From the NCBI RefSeq assembly GCF_009914755.1, contig NC_060931.1: a stretch of 64,000 nucleotides of DNA. One strand, given 5' to 3'. Shown here piece after piece: positions 13,696-28,400 of the stretch. The DNA is from the human T2T-CHM13v2.0 reference genome, Homo sapiens. The notes under the pieces are model-generated. The model ran no database searches. It was not told where the DNA came from and was given only the letters and a program-made list of their open reading frames with translations. Positions within the stretch are counted from its first letter, which is position 1; every line of letters starts with the position of its first letter. The position numbers were made by a program, and so were the translations under genes.

Positions 13696-15603
13696 TCAAC
13701 AACCCAACCTTTCAAAAGCAGTATAATCCATATTAAATGTATTTACTTTTATGTGGCTTTCAAAAGAAATGTGCATATACAATAATTTGAAGAGCAGCAT
13801 GGGAACTCTGTCATCATTCCAATCCAAATGTATTTTATTAATAACTGACTAGTATACAGCAGGTCTCTAGCTCCTTGAGAAGTTGCTTAACAAGTTCCAA
13901 AATATAAAACAGCCATGTTTTCAGCTCTTCTAGTCAGAATAATTGAAAATAACAAAAAACATAGAAGAAAAAAATAACTTAAATGCAGATTGGATGATCC
14001 ATACTCATGCAAACATTTAGTATGTTCCAACATCATTCGATGTCTCTGAAGACTCTGGTAGATATAAACACACATTAAAAAAAACCTCATGCACATTTCA
14101 AAGTTTCCAATTTCCTCTCTCTGATTGTTACATGTAGATCATCAGGACTAGAATAAATCTCAGCAAGAGTGTGACTCAGGCTATCTTACAACCTTCATTG
14201 GCAACTGGTATATTAACAAAGGAAGTATTCCCTTAAGCATGAATAAAATCACTGCAACTCTAGCAATCTGAGGCATCACAGAACTGGGTTGGGCACAGCA
14301 GAGCCATTTTGCTGTAACCCAATCTCATTTGATATTCACAGAGCTAAAAAGTACACAAGAAAAATTCAGAATGTACGGTGATTTCTACCCAGATGGCAAT
14401 ATTATCTGGAAAGTGATGGCTGCATATTTACCATTTGACAAGTGAAAAGCATTAGCCAGCAAGCATCTAGATAGTTGAGCAAGAGCTACCACATAGCCAC
14501 ATGTGAGGAAAATCTGAATCAGGAACAAAGCCAAAGGCTAAGTCTTACCAAAGAATGAATATTCATGATGTTGCCAAGTACCACACAGGTTACATTAAAT
14601 ACAACTGTTATAATTTCATACTGTTATTCTGCCTGACAGCAACATCAAAGATCAAAATAGAACATGATATAGGCTAATTCATTGTGAATGTGTATTTAGT
14701 TAGTATTAAGAAATGAGTTAGAGACTAGCAGTAATCACAGAGGAATAGTTCTTCTGAGTGGGAAAGAATATTGTACAGAAATAGAATACAGACCACACGG
14801 AGAATCCCAGGTGAAAATATCCAAGGTAAATAGCAGGTTTGAGAAATCCTCTACAAATATGTCATTGCTTTAGTCTTTTAAAACTGAATATGTTGATACC
14901 CATCTTTCTTTTTCTCAATTCTCTTAACAAGTATTTATCTCAGCTCTAAAAAATCCAATATTAGATAATAGTAGAGGGACATTTACTGATAGTAAATATT
15001 TTGAAATCTCTCATACAATAACTCTTTGGTTCACCATAGTCTTACAAGATCAAATTTAAAACTTCAAACACAAAAGGCTACACTTTCAAACATGAGACTA
15101 CAATGAAAATTCATCCAGATTTACAAGTGTCAAGCCAGCTTGCAGACACATAAACCAGATATCTACTAGCATGTGCCTATACCTGCACAAGTGTCTGCCT
15201 TAATTTTTCCCAAGGTTTCATTTGAAGTTGTCCAGGCAGAGCTAAACTAGAAAGCTATTTTCAATTGCTAACTTTTAATAGAAGACAGTTAACTTAAAAA
15301 CATTGCTTTATTTAATGTGTAATGCACAAAAATTGAGACTTGAAGCTGTTTTAGGTAATAGGAACAAACGAATTAAGTATGGTAAATTAGGTCACCGTGT
15401 TACAAAATGAAAAGAGTAACTATAACGTAACAATACGCATTCATCAATAGATTTATTCCATTTGGCTTCGCTGTATAACTGAAAATAAAAAGTAATCTTC
15501 CAAACAACACAGGTCTGATTATGCTATTCCTCCCGTTGAATTTTCAAAGATCTCCCTTGTCTTTAGAAAGAGCATATTTTAATGTGGCTTTCGGAACTAG
15601 TAA

Positions 15604-16175
15604 TTTTTTTTCAATAGATTTTTTGCAGAACAGGTGGTATTTGGTTACATGAGTAAGTTTTTTAGCGGTGATTTCTGAGATTTTAGTGCACCCATCACCC
15701 AAGCAGTGTACACTGCATCCAATGGGTAGTCTTTTATCCCTCATCTCTCTCCCACCCTTTCCCCCAAGTCCCCGAAATCCATTGTATGATTCTTATGCCT
15801 TTGCATCCTTATAGCTTAGCTCCCATTTATGAGTGAAAACATGACGTTTGGTTTTCCACTCCCCAGTTTTTTCACATAGAATAATAGTCTCCAGTTCCAC
15901 CCAGGTTGCCATGAATGCCATTATTTTGTTCCTTTTTATGGCTGAGCAGAATTCCATGGTATGTATGTGTGTATATGTATATATGTCACATTTTCTTTAC
16001 CCACTCATTGATTGATGGGCATTTGTGCTGGTTCCATAATTGGAAAATTATCCAATTGTTAATTGTGTTGCTATAAACATACACGTGCAAGTATCTTTTT
16101 TGTATAATGACTTCTTTTTCTCTGGGTAGATACCCAGGAGTGGGATTTCTGGATTTAATGGCAGATCTACTTTTA
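15604..16175 (-). mobile_element. L1PB (L1PB1-like) 3' end, 5'-truncated
   Basis: gaacaggtggtatttggttacatgagtaagt...gtgcacccatcacccaagcagtgtacactg...gggtagatacccaggagtgggatt. Confidence 0.85.
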
Positions 16176-16499
16176 GAAGAACCAGCAATCTTACTCTCAT
16201 AGTGTAAAGCAGAGGTTTGCCCAGTATGTTCTAGAATGAAGACCCCCTTTCAACTTCTGAAATGCTCGCAGACCATACCACTAAGCTGAACTTCCAGGAT
16301 TTATCAGTTGAAAAATGCGTAATTATGAATTTAGAAATACCTTTAAATTATCTTCATCAGTTATAACACCCATATATTTGAACACAATTATTTATTCCTT
16401 ACAGAGAATTCTGAGAGTAAAATAGATTTGCAGACTTTGATAATGGTGGTGTGGCTCATGGTGTAGGAAGCACTCCTAAGGTGAAAGAGGAAGGAATTA

Positions 16500-16970
16500 A
16501 GAATTGCCTCGGCACTGTGTTTTTACTGTTGTAGCTCCAAAGGATAGCACAGTGCTTGCACAGAGTGCGCTTGATACTTATTTGCTAAAAGAATGAACTA
16601 GTGAATATCAGAGTACTAGTCTTAGCTATATTGGACTTTGAGGCTTTGTACCGGTTGCTTCCTTTAGTGAAATGTGCTACCCCAAGGTATCTGCATGGCT
16701 ATTTCCCTCAGCTCCTTCAAATATTTGGCTAAATGACATCTTCCTAATGAGGCAAATCCACATCTGGGATCCTCAATGCCTCCTCCCTTACCTTATTCCA
16801 CTTTATTTTTCCCCCTAGAAGTTATCACAGTAATTCTCTTACCATATAAGTTTCTTTTGTACTATTTTTACTCTGTCTCCCACTTACAGAATGCAAGATG
16901 TACAAATGCAGAGATTGTATGATTTGTTCACTGGTGCAGTCCAAGCTTCTAAAACAATGCCTGGCATAGT
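16500..16970. mobile_element. L2 fragments
   Basis: cacagtgcttgcacagagtgcgcttgatacttatttgct; gaatgcaagatgtacaaatgcagagattgt...aatgcctggcatagt. Confidence 0.6.
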
Positions 16971-17399
16971 GAATTTTTTAACGATTTAATCTTTGACAAA
17001 TCATTCCATCTTGGTGTTTCTGATCTTTCTCTATAAAAAAGGGATGAAGTCTTCCCTGCTCAGCTCAGAGTGGTTCAAAAAACAAGTGGATTTCTCATTA
17101 GTAAATGAAATCCAATGATAGTTCTTAAATTTATACTTGTAACTTTTCCACATGGGATGGTGCGGGTGATAAGGTAAGAGAACAGAAGCATCCTCTCTCT
17201 GCTAGATGCTTACTGTTTGGGTGGACGTGATAGTTCACCCCTTAAGAATATATATATTCTATTGGTTCTGTGTCTCTGGAGAACCCTGAGTGATATGTAA
17301 GGTTCTGAGGCAGCCTAAGTTGTAAAACACAATGTTAGCGACATGGCTGCTTAGAGATGCACAGATAACATGCACAATCTGATGTGATTTCTTAAGGAA

Positions 17400-18350
17400 T
17401 CTAGTTTCTACTGAGGTATTATTGACACTACAAATTGCACATTTCAAGTGTAAAGCTTAATGATTTTGACAAATACATACAACTGTATATCTGCCATGCT
17501 GATTAAAATGTAGAACATTTCCATCATCTCTCTTGCCCTTTTCCACTATTCTGATTTCTATTACCTTAGTTTTGCCTGTTCTAGAACTTCAAAGGAATAA
17601 TACAAATCTTTCTTAAATGGTTTCCATCGCTGAACATGTTTGAGATTCAACTTTGTTGTCGTATGTCTGTAGATTTGTTTAACCTCCATATTTGTATTTC
17701 TGATCATCTTGAGTTTACTTTTGCATTAGGTGATAGGTAGAGATGGAAGCTCAATACCCTCTAACAAACGTTTCCAATTCTATAACAATTTGCTGAAATG
17801 ACTTTCCTTTTCCTATTGAATCACCTTGACACCTTTGTCAAAAATCAGTTGTCTATATATGTGTGGGTCTATTTCTAGACTATTTTAATTCCTCTACTTA
17901 TTTTTCTCACACCAATTCTACACAGTCTTGAATCTGTAGCTTTACAAGTCTTTAAATCAGTTGGTATGAGTCACCTAATTTTTTCATTCTTTTAAAAATT
18001 ACAGCTATCCTACACTCTTTGCATTTCCATGCAAATTTGAAAATCAGCTTGTCATTTTCAAAAATAAATGCCTGTTGGCATTTTAATTAGACTTGCATTG
18101 AATTACAGCTCACTTGGTGGAGAACTGTTATCTTGTCAATCCATGAACATGATATACGTATCCATTTATTTAGGTGTTATTTAATTCCTCTCAATGGTAT
18201 TTCATACTTTTAAGTATAGAGATCTTGAACATTTCTCTACACTTATATTCCTCTTTTATGTTTTATTATGCTACTATAAGTGAGATTGTTTACCTTTAAT
18301 TTCCAATATTTGTTTGTAGTATATAAATTTTTTATATTGACCTTATATTT
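17400..18350 (-). mobile_element. Old L1M fragment
   Basis: ctttgtcaaaaatcagttgtctatatatgtgtgggtctatttct...ccatgaacatgatatacgtatccatttatttagg. Confidence 0.75.
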
Positions 18351-21159
18351 AAGAAAGCAATTTCTCTAAAATTAGTTAACTATGGGACTTTTTCATAAAA
18401 TTCTTACTAAACACTTGTGAAATTAACATTTTACATAAATTACTTCTAAGGTAAATTTGCTTCAATAAACAAGTCTTCATTTACATTAGTGATACACTCT
18501 TGCTCTCAGTCTCCTGTAGTTTAAAAAATATAAATATTGAGATAATAATTTCACCATATTTTAAGTTTCTGCTCATATAAGCTTGGGAAGAAATCAAATA
18601 AATACTTAAGTATAAATACCATAAATATAAAAGGGATTAAATGTCAATTTTATCTGTGTGTCTGTGTGTGTGTACATATAGGTATGTATACACACACTCA
18701 GGCATATATATAAAAGTCTTTACAAATCAAAGAGACAGCACTGCTTTTGCTGAAGCGGGACAAAAATACCTCAAGGCACAACTCCTCCGTGCGCTTATCC
18801 CCTGCAGTGTAAACAGGGCCAATTCAATGGGTATTGTTTCCTTTACTTAGGCAGGATGATTTCCCTCAACTCTTAAGGAATCCAGGACTTTCCAGACCAT
18901 TTCATCAGCAACCTTCTTCAACCAAATAGCTGTGACTCTCATTTTTTATACATTTTGGCTGATATCACGAAAATTGAAAACACCAATGGTAAAAGTTTAC
19001 CAGGACCAGACCATTTAATACTTAACATAGAATTAAACACACTTACCTAAGACAAAAAAAATTATTTGCAAAACAGATGAAAAACTAGAGTGACAGAGGA
19101 GACAAAGAGGCTTTTAAATCACATGAAGATTCCTCTGCTAGTCCCGGAGGAAACCTAATCTAGGCCTTTTAGTCCATATTGTGGGCAGGGGAGAATGTGA
19201 ACTGAGATTTTAATTCATTAGACATAACACTATTGCCCTAGAACACTGAAAGATAAGGTAGCCTTATACGAGTAGATGAGACATGGTGCCATCTTTGGCT
19301 CCCTTATGACCTGAAACCTACTCTGCTTCCTCAGAGCTTTTACACACACAGATACTTTTGTTACCACTTATGTTCCAAGTTTCATACTCCCTTACTTAAT
19401 ATCCATATGCCTTTGTCTCTTAACTGTCCCCTAAATTTGACTATAAAGCCTCTAACAAAGTAGCATGGCAAGAAACTAAAATCTGTCAACACAAAGTTAC
19501 TAAACATGTATCAGAAAAGAGAAAACCTATGGAAAGTATTTCCCTAGACCCAGAACAATCTGAGTGCCAAAGAAAGCTAACTTTGGATTTACACCTTGTA
19601 TTATGTTTTATTTTGCTGTATTGCTTTAATGGTAAGATTTTTCTTACACAAACCAATTGAATTGCAGTGTATAAATTATACTCTCAATTAAGGGTCAAGA
19701 TGGAAGGTAATGAAGACAAAGACCAAACTGAATGATAGAGTAGTAGGATCTATATTAATACTCTGGAAACCTGTGTGAACTTTGGAAATTATGCTCCGGT
19801 GAGTTTAAAACCTTGTTTTTGGTCTTTTGGTTTTTTTTTTTTCTCTTAACATGAAGAATGTGACATTTGGATGGATATTGTTGGGAGGTGGCTTCTTGGA
19901 ATCACTAGCATAAGAGAGTGGAGTGGAGACTTTTGCAGCTTGAAACAATTCCCCAGATCATTCTGATAGGTTCCTGCAATACCACCATTATTGCCTCATC
20001 CCACCAAGAATCATGGTGGTAATTTTTTTAAAAGCATGAAAAACTCTGTTTACAATGTTCTTTTTATAATATACAATTCAGAGCCCAACCCAAATCAAAG
20101 TAAACCACACAATGATGCCTTGAAGCAAAAGTAATTAAGATGTGCAGATAATTAAGGTGGGCATTATCAGAAAAGCAGTGTTACAGCTTTCTAGTTCCCT
20201 CTGGAATGTATCCCACCAAGCCAATTCTGGCAGTGAAACAAAGCAAGTGTCAAAGAACTATTCCTCCTAAAACCAAGTATTTCCATTGAGATTTTGCCTT
20301 TTTTTAAAAAGGGTTGATATTTAAGTTGACTCACTCTCTTAATACTTCACTGAAAGATCTGCCCCTCTCTTCCTCACACCACTGTAGCTGATTGAGGTAG
20401 CCCAGGAAACAATCTATCTGTAACTTAATGATACTGCAGCCAATATTAGATCTAACTGCACTGAGACAGGCATTTCCCAGAAGAGCTGGGAAGGGCCTCA
20501 GCTTCCCCCATTTAGAAGTCCTGGGAATCCTTAGCTTCCCTCTGGCCAGAAGATAGAGTCTAAGAAAAGTGCAGCAATACCTGAACTAATCAAGCAACTT
20601 TAATACCTTCCTCCCCATCTCTGGGGCCAGGCTGTGGCTGCTCCATCAAAAAAAGCTTCTTTCCTTTCATATGACTTCTTCTCAAGGAATCTCATTAGAA
20701 GACTCTGATCTCCAAGTGCCCTCTCACCCCTGCACTTCCATTCTTGCCATCATGATTACAGACCATCTGCTCAGGTCCATTTCTTGCTCTGCACTCATCC
20801 AGAAGAACTGATAATAAAGACTGTCGTGTTTTCCAAGCACAACCAGGCCAGATTCCTTTGTTCCTCTGCATCCAAAGCTGAGGAAAGGCCCTGCCAACCC
20901 CCCTTCCCCACAGCATCCCATCCCCAAAAAGCCAAAGAGAGAAGATGGGACCATAAAATAATCTGGAGATTAATAGAAACAAGTTTGCTTCTTAGGATAA
21001 AGTGAAAGCTCACTAAATATTGACAGTGGAACATGGCCTTCATTTTATTTTGTACATGTATATATGTAGTATATGTGTATATACAAACATGTGTATAGAA
21101 ATATAGAACATATATATGTTGTCTTTTTTACTTTAAGAAGCTCTTCTGCTAAAGCCTCA

Positions 21160-21375
21160 CTGAGCATGTAAGCACAGTGGTGCATCTGAGGTCCTAATCT
21201 AGTTCAGTCACTTATTAGCTTATGCATGTGAAGTTAGTTGAGTTTCTGGGCCCGGGTTCCTCACTAGCATATGACAGAGCTAGCAATTCCCACTTCATGT
21301 AGCTATCCTAAAGTTTCTATAAGAGTTTATACAAAAGTGCCTGGTGCACACCGTGCTCAAAAAAATATATGTCTT
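21160..21375. mobile_element. MIR
   Basis: agtcacttattagct...gggttcctcactagcatatg...aaagtgcctggtgcacaccgtgctcaa. Confidence 0.6.
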
Positions 21376-22321
21376 CTTTCCATACTCTATGAATGGCTGA
21401 TTTTCATGAATACCTTTCATTTAGCAGCTTTACTAGGCTACTTATGTGAAGAAAATAAAATATACAATCAGAAATAGTGAGGTTATCTTCGGCTAGGATG
21501 ACAGAAGACACACTGTAGATACTAACAAAAGTGCATTCAAGAGAAATGTAGTGTTTCTGAGTAATGTAGCTAGCAAATTCAAAGACAAACAATGTCAGAG
21601 AACTTTTAGACTTTCTAGAACACATTATAGTATCTAGAGAAAGACACTCAGGTTTGAAACTTCAGAATTACAGGACTCACTCATAGTCTAAAACAAAAGA
21701 ACCACCTTCCCTAATTAGGTGAGAAGGCCTATTTCTATCACATCAAACTTTCTGGTCCCAGGAAAGCAATAATCACTCTCAGTTTCATTTTTCCCTAAAT
21801 AACCAAGATAGTGAAGCCATCTAGATCACTCTTAGAGTTTTGCTGCCGTTTCCATACTAATGTGTTTTCATAACCTAATGAGGTATATTATTTTCATACA
21901 CAAAATAAGCAAACCCTGTTGATTACTCAAATGCTGACGCTCATGTTTTAGTGAAACACAACAGGTGCTTTGTTCATCTGACAACATGTTGGGAAAAACC
22001 CTTAAAAAAAAAAAAAGCTATCTACCCAAACCCAGGTCAAACAGAATAGGGTAAACATGATAAACATGGCACACCTACATCATGAATACACCAGTGTGAA
22101 CCTGAAGAATGCTGGAGGGCAAGAAGGAAAACCGAGTTATGAAACCAAGCCACACACCTGGGAATCAGGGTGGAGAATGAGGACTAGGTTGATAGGGACA
22201 CAATGGCTTTCCACTGTGTACAAGTATATGTGATTTAAGTTTAAAACCACGTGAATACACTTTCTCAAAAAATAAGCTAAAAAAGACAAATGTACTTGAA
22301 ACCCTGAAAAGAATCAGTAAA

Positions 22322-22597
22322 TTTTTTTCTTCTTTTTTGAGTCAGGGTCTCTTCTGTTGTCCAGGCTAGTGTGGTGGTGTAATCAATCATGGCTTACTGC
22401 AGCCTCAGATTCCTGGGCTCAAGCGATCCTCTGGCCTCAGCCTCCAGGGTAGCTGGGATGACCGGTATGCACTCCCATACTTGCGCAGCATTTTTTTTTT
22501 TTTAAGAAACGGTTTCATCATGTTGCCCTAGCTAATCTTAAACTCCTGGGCTCACGCAATCCTTCCTGCCTCTGCCTCTGCCTCTGAAAATGCTAAG
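22322..22597 (-). mobile_element. AluJ-like (diverged)
   Basis: gagtcagggtctc...ctgcagcctcagattcctgggctcaagcgatcc...aactcctgggctcacgcaatcc. Confidence 0.85.
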
Positions 22598-23614
22598 CAA
22601 AAATTGGTAAATTCTTTCATCTGAATTTTATATAATATAAAGTAGTAAGAACTGTAGAACTTCCAACACATAATGACTCCATCCAAATCTCTGCACTAGA
22701 GGCAACCAAACTCCATCAGCAGAATAGGAACCTCTGTTTCCAGCCTCTCTGAGTAAACAGAATCTTAACTTCTTTGATTACCAGCTAACATACACAACTA
22801 GCCTAAACACATTCACACTGACCAACCCTTTGCAATTTTTTACTGGAGTGCTGCTCTCTCCCAGACTTCCAATACATTGAGAAGCATTGACCTGGACCCC
22901 TGACGGCTAGTTGAGGGGTCTAACTGGACCAGTGGTTCTCAACTCTGGTTGTACATTACAATCACCTGGGGATTTTAAATGTCCTCCCACCTACCCCTTC
23001 ATGCTCCCTTAAAAATGATCAGTCACTTCTGCAAAACTCAGAAGGAAGCTCCACTCTTTACCCTATCAGTAGTTACTAAATAAAATCTGCTCTCTCCACT
23101 TTAATCAATGTCTGCCTTTGTTTATCTTTAATAGTAGTTAATGCCTTTCATATGTGTAAAGGTTATGTCCAAAAACCTTAATTTAAAAAAATCTGTATCA
23201 AAGAATAAAATTTTCCCAATAAAATGGATAATAAAAGAATTAAAATATCTAACTGCTTTTCACACACTATTTAGAAGAATTCTAAGTACTAACTCTGCGG
23301 GATGAGCCCTCCTCGAAAAAATTAACCCCACAGTCATTTTTTATTACCATCAAAATAAAATTCTCCTGAATCTCATTTCTATGTAGAATCTGCATGTTTC
23401 CTGTGCATATGCTCAAACCATAAGTTCACTTAAAAAAAAATTCAGTAAAGAATTTTCTCTCACTTGAAGTATCTTTACACTGGCTAGAGAATTCACTACA
23501 GCAAATTCCTTAATGGTGTTTCTGGTTTCCAGATTTTGTGACTAACATGGACTGAAAAAAATCAGACATTCCACTCTAATTTATTCCAAAATTATTGCCT
23601 TCAGATCTGTAAGC

Positions 23615-23922
23615 TTTTTCTTTTTTTTTTTTTTTTTTTGAGATGGAGTTTTGCTCTTGTCGCCCAGGCTGGGGTGCAATGGTGCGATCTCAGCTCACTG
23701 CAAGCTCTCCCTCCTGGTTTCCAGTGATTCTCCTGCCTCTGCCTGCTGAGTAGCTGGGATTAGAGACAGACAACACCACGCCCAGTTAATTTTTGTGTTT
23801 TTAGTAGAGATGGGATTTTACCATGTTGGCCAGGCTGGTCTCAAACTCCTAACCTCAGGTGATCCATCCACCTTGGCCTCCCAAAGTGCTGGAATTAAAG
23901 GCGTAAGCCACTCTGCCCGGCC
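23615..23922 (-). mobile_element. AluS (Sq/Sx-like), TSD AGATCTGTA
   Basis: Full Alu in reverse orientation; agatctgta at 23603-23611 and 23923-23931. Confidence 0.93.
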
Positions 23923-24981
23923 AGATCTGTAGACTTCTAAAAGTGACTTTGCTTCTACGGACGTTACTGCTTTTCTCCAAAAACATAAACTTCAATCACC
24001 TCTCAGGAGTTCTTGTGCAAGAAGCAAAGTGGTTATGCTTACATACTAAGTGACTTAGTCTTCATCAAAGTGATTCCATTGGAAAACATTCTCTCACACC
24101 AGAAATTGGAAATGTTAGACTACAAACCTCAAATCTATATAGTATTTCAAAAGTTGTATTACACAAAGAGTAGTATTTATTTACAATAATAGTAACATCG
24201 ACAATGATCATGTGGGAGTACTACATGCATGATCTAAATTAAACTTTCTCTGCAAGGCATTCACATCCTACAAATTCAAAACATTGGAATGACTTGACAC
24301 ATAAAAGTTCAATTAAAAATATATGTTGCTGCCTAATTTGATTTTTAGACATATAATTAATCAAGCTGCAGCTACCTTATAATGTTTTAATATTTTTTAC
24401 AAGTCAATGAAAATCTGTTTACAAGAAATTTAAAGTCACAAAACTTCTCACAAGGCTTTTTATAAAGTGTAAACATTGTGTACATTTAAATGCTTAGTAT
24501 TGTGAAAGAGTAATAAATTGGCATATCATCAATTCCCTTAAGCAACAATGCAGACCTAACAGACAATGAATTTTCACACGGTAATGTGGTGAGAAAACAT
24601 GCAGAAACCTGAAACAAATATCTAATACATAGATATCAAAAACTGTTCTTGCTTAACAGTCTACCACATACACTGAATTCTTCTAATCCAAAAGGAGTCC
24701 TATTCTTGTTCATTTATGTTATTTTTTATAGAAGCATTTTTCCTTAATATTTTTGAGCTATGTCTAATAATGAAGAAAATTGCAACACACATATGAATAC
24801 ATAAAAATATCAACTTCACTGCAAGGAAAATAAATTAAAACAATAGTCACATATTTCACAAGATGAAAGGAGAGATCAAGGGTACACACACACACCATTT
24901 AGTTTGATTCAATTTCATAAAATATAGCATTTGAAATTTCTAAATTTGTTGCATTTACATTGAAATAAAAACATATAAGCA

Positions 24982-25530
24982 TTGTTCACGACAGGAGACA
25001 GACAAATTCCTAGGCAGACAGGGGCAGGTCCCCAGTGAAACTCTACCTTCAAGCCAAGGACAGTCTAAAGCCTGGAAAACCAAGCTACCAGTTACAGATA
25101 GAATTCATAAACCAGAGTGAGAACCTCCATCACAGTCTTACTCTCTCTCAATTTGTTCTTTTTGAACGATGTCTTTTAGCCAATCAAATGGTATCTTTTC
25201 CAAGCCCAACCATAAACGAAATGGCACACATTCCCCTATTCTAAGCCCATAAAAACCCTGGACTCAGCCTCACAGATGGCTACCCACTTTTGGGTCCCCT
25301 CTTGCTGTCGAGAGCTTTTCTTTCACTCAACAAATTCTACTCTCCCTTACTTTGTCTCCAGTGTCCCTGTATCTTATTCTTCTTGGGTGTGGGAAAAGAA
25401 CCTGGAACTTGCCGAACCGTGGGAGTGAAAGAGTTGTAACACTCCTGCTCGCTGAGCTGCAGGGCAGTGGGAATTAAAGGGCTGTAACACTCTTGCCCAC
25501 TAAACTACAGGAGCAAAACAGCTGCAACTG
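24982..25530 (+). mobile_element. ERV1-class solo LTR (LTR27/LTR28-like)
   Basis: gacaggagacagacaaattcctaggcagacaggggcaggtcccc...CCAAT (gccaatcaa), TATA-like cataaaa, repeated gctgtaacactc at the 3' end. Confidence 0.7.
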
Positions 25531-25569
25531 TATGTTGCTTGCATGTGTAAAACTTTTGAGCTCTTAAAT

Positions 25570-26030
25570 AATTGCATTATTTGCAAATAATGACTGATTT
25601 GTTTCTTACTTTCCCATCCTTTATTCTTTTACTTCTCTTTCATCTGACTGTGCTAGTTAAAGCACCCAGTACCAGGTTGAATAGAAATGGTGATTATGGC
25701 CATTCTTTTCTTGCTCTTCAATTTAAAGGTAATGTTCCTAACACATTAAGTTTGATGTTAGATTTAGATTTTTGGTGTATAACTTTACCAAGACATTATA
25801 ATTTGCTAAGAGTTTATCATGATTGGTGCTGAATTTAATCACATCTCCTCTCCAACTATAGAGATGATGTCACTAGCTTTTAATTTGAATATATGGTAAA
25901 TTATTACAGTTGAATTTTTAATAATAAACTATCTCTGAATCCCTGGGATAAATCAGTTTGTACTCATGTTTATGAATGATACTAGCCTACAATTTGTAAT
26001 TTATTAACTTTTACCTCTATAACTTGAACC
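25570..26030 (-). mobile_element. Old L1M fragment
   Basis: gttgaatagaaatggtgattatggccattcttttcttgctc...aactatctctgaatccctgggataaatc. Confidence 0.65.
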
Positions 26031-26199
26031 TATAAAAACATAAATAATTTAACCACTATTCTGTTCATGTTTTACACACTTTCAGGAATACACTATCTAT
26101 AGTATAAACAGAAACCAATAGAGTAGTACATTAAATGAAAAAGTACTACTACTCAAATCTATGATGTCCTTATACAGCTTATAAGTGTTTGTTCATATT

Positions 26200-26440
26200 T
26201 GCACATTACATATTGGTCACTCAGCAGTCACTGAGGGCCTACACTAGACCAGGCACCATTCCAGTTCTAGAAATAAAGTGGTAAACCAGATAAAAACATC
26301 CTGTCTTCTTTGGCCTCCTATTCTAGATAAGGAAGTCAGACAATTAGCATGAATAAGTAAAGCATTTTGTGCCAGATTGTGTTAAATTGTTATAGAGAAA
26401 AAGCATGAAGAATGACAGGGAATACTTGAGTGAAAGATGG
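26200..26440. mobile_element. L2 fragment
   Basis: cactgagggcctacactagaccaggcaccattccagttctagaaataaagtggtaaaccaga. Confidence 0.6.
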
Positions 26441-27004
26441 GCAGGTCATTTCATGCTCAATGCAAACTGAAGCACATCTGGAAAGACACGAATGTGATAA
26501 AGGAAGCCAAAGCTAAGCATTATGATGAAAACAGTATAAACAAACTATTTTTTGTGAAAAAGACAATTTTGTCAAGGCTGACAGATATGGTAGAGTAGTA
26601 GTTCTCAGCCCAATCCCTCCTAATGCAACAAAAATAAGAAATGATGTCTATGATGTGACCCACCCTTTCCTTCCTTGCCTAGGGAATATACTGGAAAAAA
26701 GATGAGACAAATGGGTATTACTATTAGTTATTTTTATTAAAATAAATCCCAAGTTTTAGAATTATTTTTAGTGTATGTAACTTACAGTATATTTCACAAG
26801 TGGTTAAAAGTAACTAGGTTGGTAATATTTTAAGGGTCTTATCTAGCTGCGCTTTAAGGTCCCCTGAAAATCTGACCCTTTATAATTCCACAGTTAATTA
26901 GCAAACAAATATCCACATTTTATATAATTTGGACACAAATCTTTAGTGTCTTTATCTTACTTATTTGCTAAAGAGGAAAGCTGCCAAAAATAATAAACAT
27001 AATG

Positions 27005-27535
27005 ACCTACTGTTTGGGCGTATCCAGCATCTGTTCCCCATCCTGTGGGGAATGTGCCCCACCCTTATTCTCGTTCATGAAGTTTGGGTGGAGCTGACCT
27101 GGATCCAGGTGTGGACAAGTTAACTAGGCCTGAATGATAGAAAGAACACTCACATGGGCCACAGTAGTTGAATCTGAAAATGAAGATATATTTTACAACA
27201 GGCTTAATGAGAGTTAGAACTATGGTTTTTAGTGAAAATATTGGGATAGAGGCATTCTCTTTCCACTGAGTTTACAAAACATAAAATATAAAGTGGGAGC
27301 AGTATATTTTATAGTACATGCTTGATATTACTTAGAAAACCTCCCGAGAATAAAGAACCAAATTATTGGGTATAGATAGGGATGAGGAAGAGACTGATGA
27401 GAGAGGAAATTGCCCTTTTACCATCTGGGTTTGACAAAGCCTGAAGCCATTATCTTAGAATTTTTTCAGTTATATTTTTAAACCACTCTGTGTTGTGTTT
27501 CTGACATTTGCCATTAAGAAGTCCCAACTGATAAA
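27005..27535 (+). mobile_element. Old MaLR LTR (MLT1K/L-like)
   Basis: tttgggtggagctgacctggatccagg...aagcctgaagcc...gtttctgacatttgccattaagaagtcccaactgata. Confidence 0.55.
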
Positions 27536-28082
27536 CCAATTAGCTCATCAATTAATTCAATTGGCTTAAAAACCACTCTGCCTGGATCCTCCTCCAGTAA
27601 ATTTAGCTGAAACTGACATGCATGGCTGCATTTTAAATCATCATAAAATTTTATTCAGGAAGCAAAATACTGGAATCCATATAGCAACAAATCTACATAA
27701 AGATTTGACACACGTATTAATTCATGTTACAAAAACAAAGATCACTATATTCAAAATTTTAAGGATACTGGTTAAAAATTAAGATGAAATTTAAAAATTG
27801 CGTATCTATGTTATTTAGCAAACTGTGGTGAACATGTATTTCCTAGCTCATTAAAAATTGTCACTCTAATCACCTAAGTTATAATTTTGCAATTTACACA
27901 TTTTAGTCTACATTTTCCTTTTTAAATTTTTAAATGAATTTGGCATGTTGGACAAAAAATTTTTACACACTTCCATCTACAATGTCATAAGCATCAGAAA
28001 ACTATATGACAATTGAATTGAGGAAAGGTTAATCTGAATCAAATTAATATCCAAACAATATAAACCAGTTAAAATTCTGAGA

Positions 28083-28400
28083 TTTTGCAGCAATATGAGT
28101 AGGACTGGAGGCCATCATCTTAAGTGAAACAACTCAAACAGACACTCAAATACCAAGTTTTCAGTTATTAGTGGGAGCTAAATAACGTGTACACATGAAC
28201 AAAGAGGGGAATGATAGACATTGGAGACTTGGAAGCAGGGAAGTGGGGTAAGGGGGAAATTGATGAGAAACGACATAATGGGTAGAATGTACACTATTCA
28301 GATGGTAGATACACTAAAAGCCAAGACTTCACCACTACACAACATACGCATGTAACAAAATTGCACTTGTTCTCCCTTAAATTTATACAACAAAAAAAAC
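28083..28400 (+). mobile_element. L1PB4/L1MA-like 3' end
   Basis: ggactggaggccatcatcttaagtgaaacaactca...gacattggagacttggaag...catgtaacaaaattgcacttg followed by an A tail. Confidence 0.8.
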
